From Malacoraja senta (lineage: Eukaryota): a stretch of 64,000 nucleotides of DNA. The stretch lies in NCBI GenBank assembly GCA_038087875.1, contig CM075989.1, positions 22,012,001 through 22,076,000 on the forward strand. The letters run 5' to 3'. Shown in pieces: positions 62,192-64,000 of this stretch. Below the pieces are notes generated by a model. That model was not told the DNA's origin, did no database searches, and saw only the letters and a list, made by a program, of their open reading frames with translations. The translations under genes and the position numbers were made by a program. Positions within the stretch are counted from its first letter, which is position 1. Each line of letters starts with the position of its first letter.

Positions 62192-64000
62192 GCCAAAGGC
62201 TACCTTATTTTATATTTATCAGTTTACACTAATCGGTCGTGCAAACAGATGACGGTCGATTAAATGAATGATTCTCTTCAATAGGCAAATTGATCAGGTG
62301 AGGAGGAGACTAGCCCTCCTTCAGTTCACCTGCCAGAAAAAAAAAGATTTATCTCACTCAGTACTTTCCAACGCGGTTCCGTCAAGATTCACAACTTCCT
62401 GTGTCCAGCGGAGACTCCAATCCTTCACGATGCAAATAATTTCGGACACTGAACAAAGACAGTTGCAAGCAATGATGTTTGGTATGTTTTTAATAAATAT
62501 ATATGTACTTTTGTTTACTTAATCGAGGGGAATTACGTTTTTCTTGCTCAAAACATTATCGTTCTTAAACACCTGTGTTAATTAATCTATATTATTTTGA
62601 CACGAAGCAGGTTTTGAATTCGACACATACTTCTGGCCTATTGAATATCCGTTAATAACAATTAAAGTTTTGCTTTAATTATTTTCTAGGTATAATGGCA
62701 ACAAATCATTAAATCAAGGTCGGGTTCTCTTTCTGACTATTTTGAGAAACCAACGCATAGTTTCTTATGCTCTGGGTAGATAATATACGTGTTTCCAAAT
62801 GGATAGCACCGGTCGGAAATCCAATTGAACAGTGAATAGGTTACAGTGCCGCACGACAGTGTAATATTGGGAAATATGCAAAATAACCAGCAGAAATAAG
62901 CATACTCGCCAACCCCGAAATAAACCAAGGGGATTGGAATCTTTCTAAACCGGGTTCCAGCCGTGTACGCAAAAATCCATCGCCTCTAACCCCGTGTTTC
63001 AATGAATTAGATTTGTTTTTCAATCATTGCTAAATTGCTGTGTAATAGTGGTTTGATTTACAACGTTGAATATCGCCGGCGAGCTCATTAAAAAAAAACT
63101 TTTCTCTCAATATAAGAAATAAGAACTGAATCGTCGCAAAATCTATCAAGTAAAACGTTGCTACAATCAACAGATTTAATTTGAACTGTGTATTAGAAAT
63201 TGGTACTCACCGTTTTAATCTAGATCCAGATACTCATCTGATGATTTTTGTGTGGGAAATGTATATTTATTTATTTGAGGGGCGAAGGAGCCGGCATCAT
63301 TTTGGCTTGGCTTTACTGTTTTAGATGAACCGTTTTTAGAAGGGGGGAAAAAAGGTCAATTAGCAATCGGTTGTTTTGGAAATAAGACCAATTCCTGGCA
63401 CTTAAGTCAAGCCAAGCGTAGAGGCAGATCTATACAAAACAAAGCGACGGAGATCACGGAGACCCGTTCAGCAACGTCCGAATCAATTAGAGAAAAATCC
63501 TAAAGAATTAATCATATTAAAGGTGCAGAAGTTTTTTTTCGGGGTATAAAGGACGTGTTGTGAGCAAGGAGGCGCCGCGATCGCTTTGAATGGCTGTTCA
63601 GCTCCGGAGTTCTACAGCGACACTCCATACGCTAGGTGGCAGCCGGATACTGTACAAGATTTTGACAAATTCTCCAGCATATGCTGCGATTCTAACACTG
63701 TAAATTTTTCAGAAGCCCGCTGCACTGACAGCTCCCGGCGGTTATCAAAGTGCCACAAGTCACCGCTTAAAAACTGCAATGACTTTGAGATCACCGGGAC
63801 ACAATGGGAGCCACTTTCCCCTATTCATTGTGTTGAGATGTAGAGAGAGAAGGAGAGGGAGGGTGGGAAGAGGGAGAGAGAGCAAGAGAGAGAGAGAGGG
63901 GGGGGGGGGACAGGGTGAATTCACAGGGAACTCAAATTCAATAGATTTAGCTGGTTATCAGAGAACAACTGGAAAATAAGTGGCATCTAGTTCGTGGAAG

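Noticed and set aside
61801..62232. ORFs with poly-ER and poly-LS peptides
   Set aside because: Translations of the (CT)n/(GA)n microsatellite.
63586..63843. 85-aa ORF in the CpG-rich region
   Set aside because: Non-ATG start and no recognisable domain; cannot support as CDS.

Overview
Eukaryotic, vertebrate non-coding DNA. The repeat content points to a cartilaginous fish, most likely a skate or ray (inference from HE1-type V-SINEs, CR1 LINEs sharing the SINE tail, and SacSINE1-like relics). I cannot support any intact host protein-coding gene: the supplied ORFs are TE fragments, microsatellite read-throughs or noise. Bases ~1-54700 are a TE-dense gene desert or large intron. They contain ~20 tRNA-derived V-SINEs, many 5'-truncated CR1, Rex1/Babar and L2 LINE ends, and about 30 Penelope-like 3' ends that carry a hammerhead-ribozyme-like core and often form fold-back palindromes. 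They also contain a long-palindrome Harbinger-like MITE, a hAT transposase C-terminus missed by the ORF track, and several TE-free islands resembling conserved non-coding enhancers. Bases ~54700-64000 abruptly lose young TEs, gain CpG and end in a promoter-like region (CCAAT/GC/TATA/Inr at ~61680-61790), typical of the upstream domain of a developmental regulator; the gene cannot be named. Most notable: hammerhead-core Penelope mini-elements with a fixed fold-back centre, a 131-bp near-perfect inverted duplication apparently templated through a LINE tail, and a four-level nested TE. TE boundaries were read by eye and are approximate.
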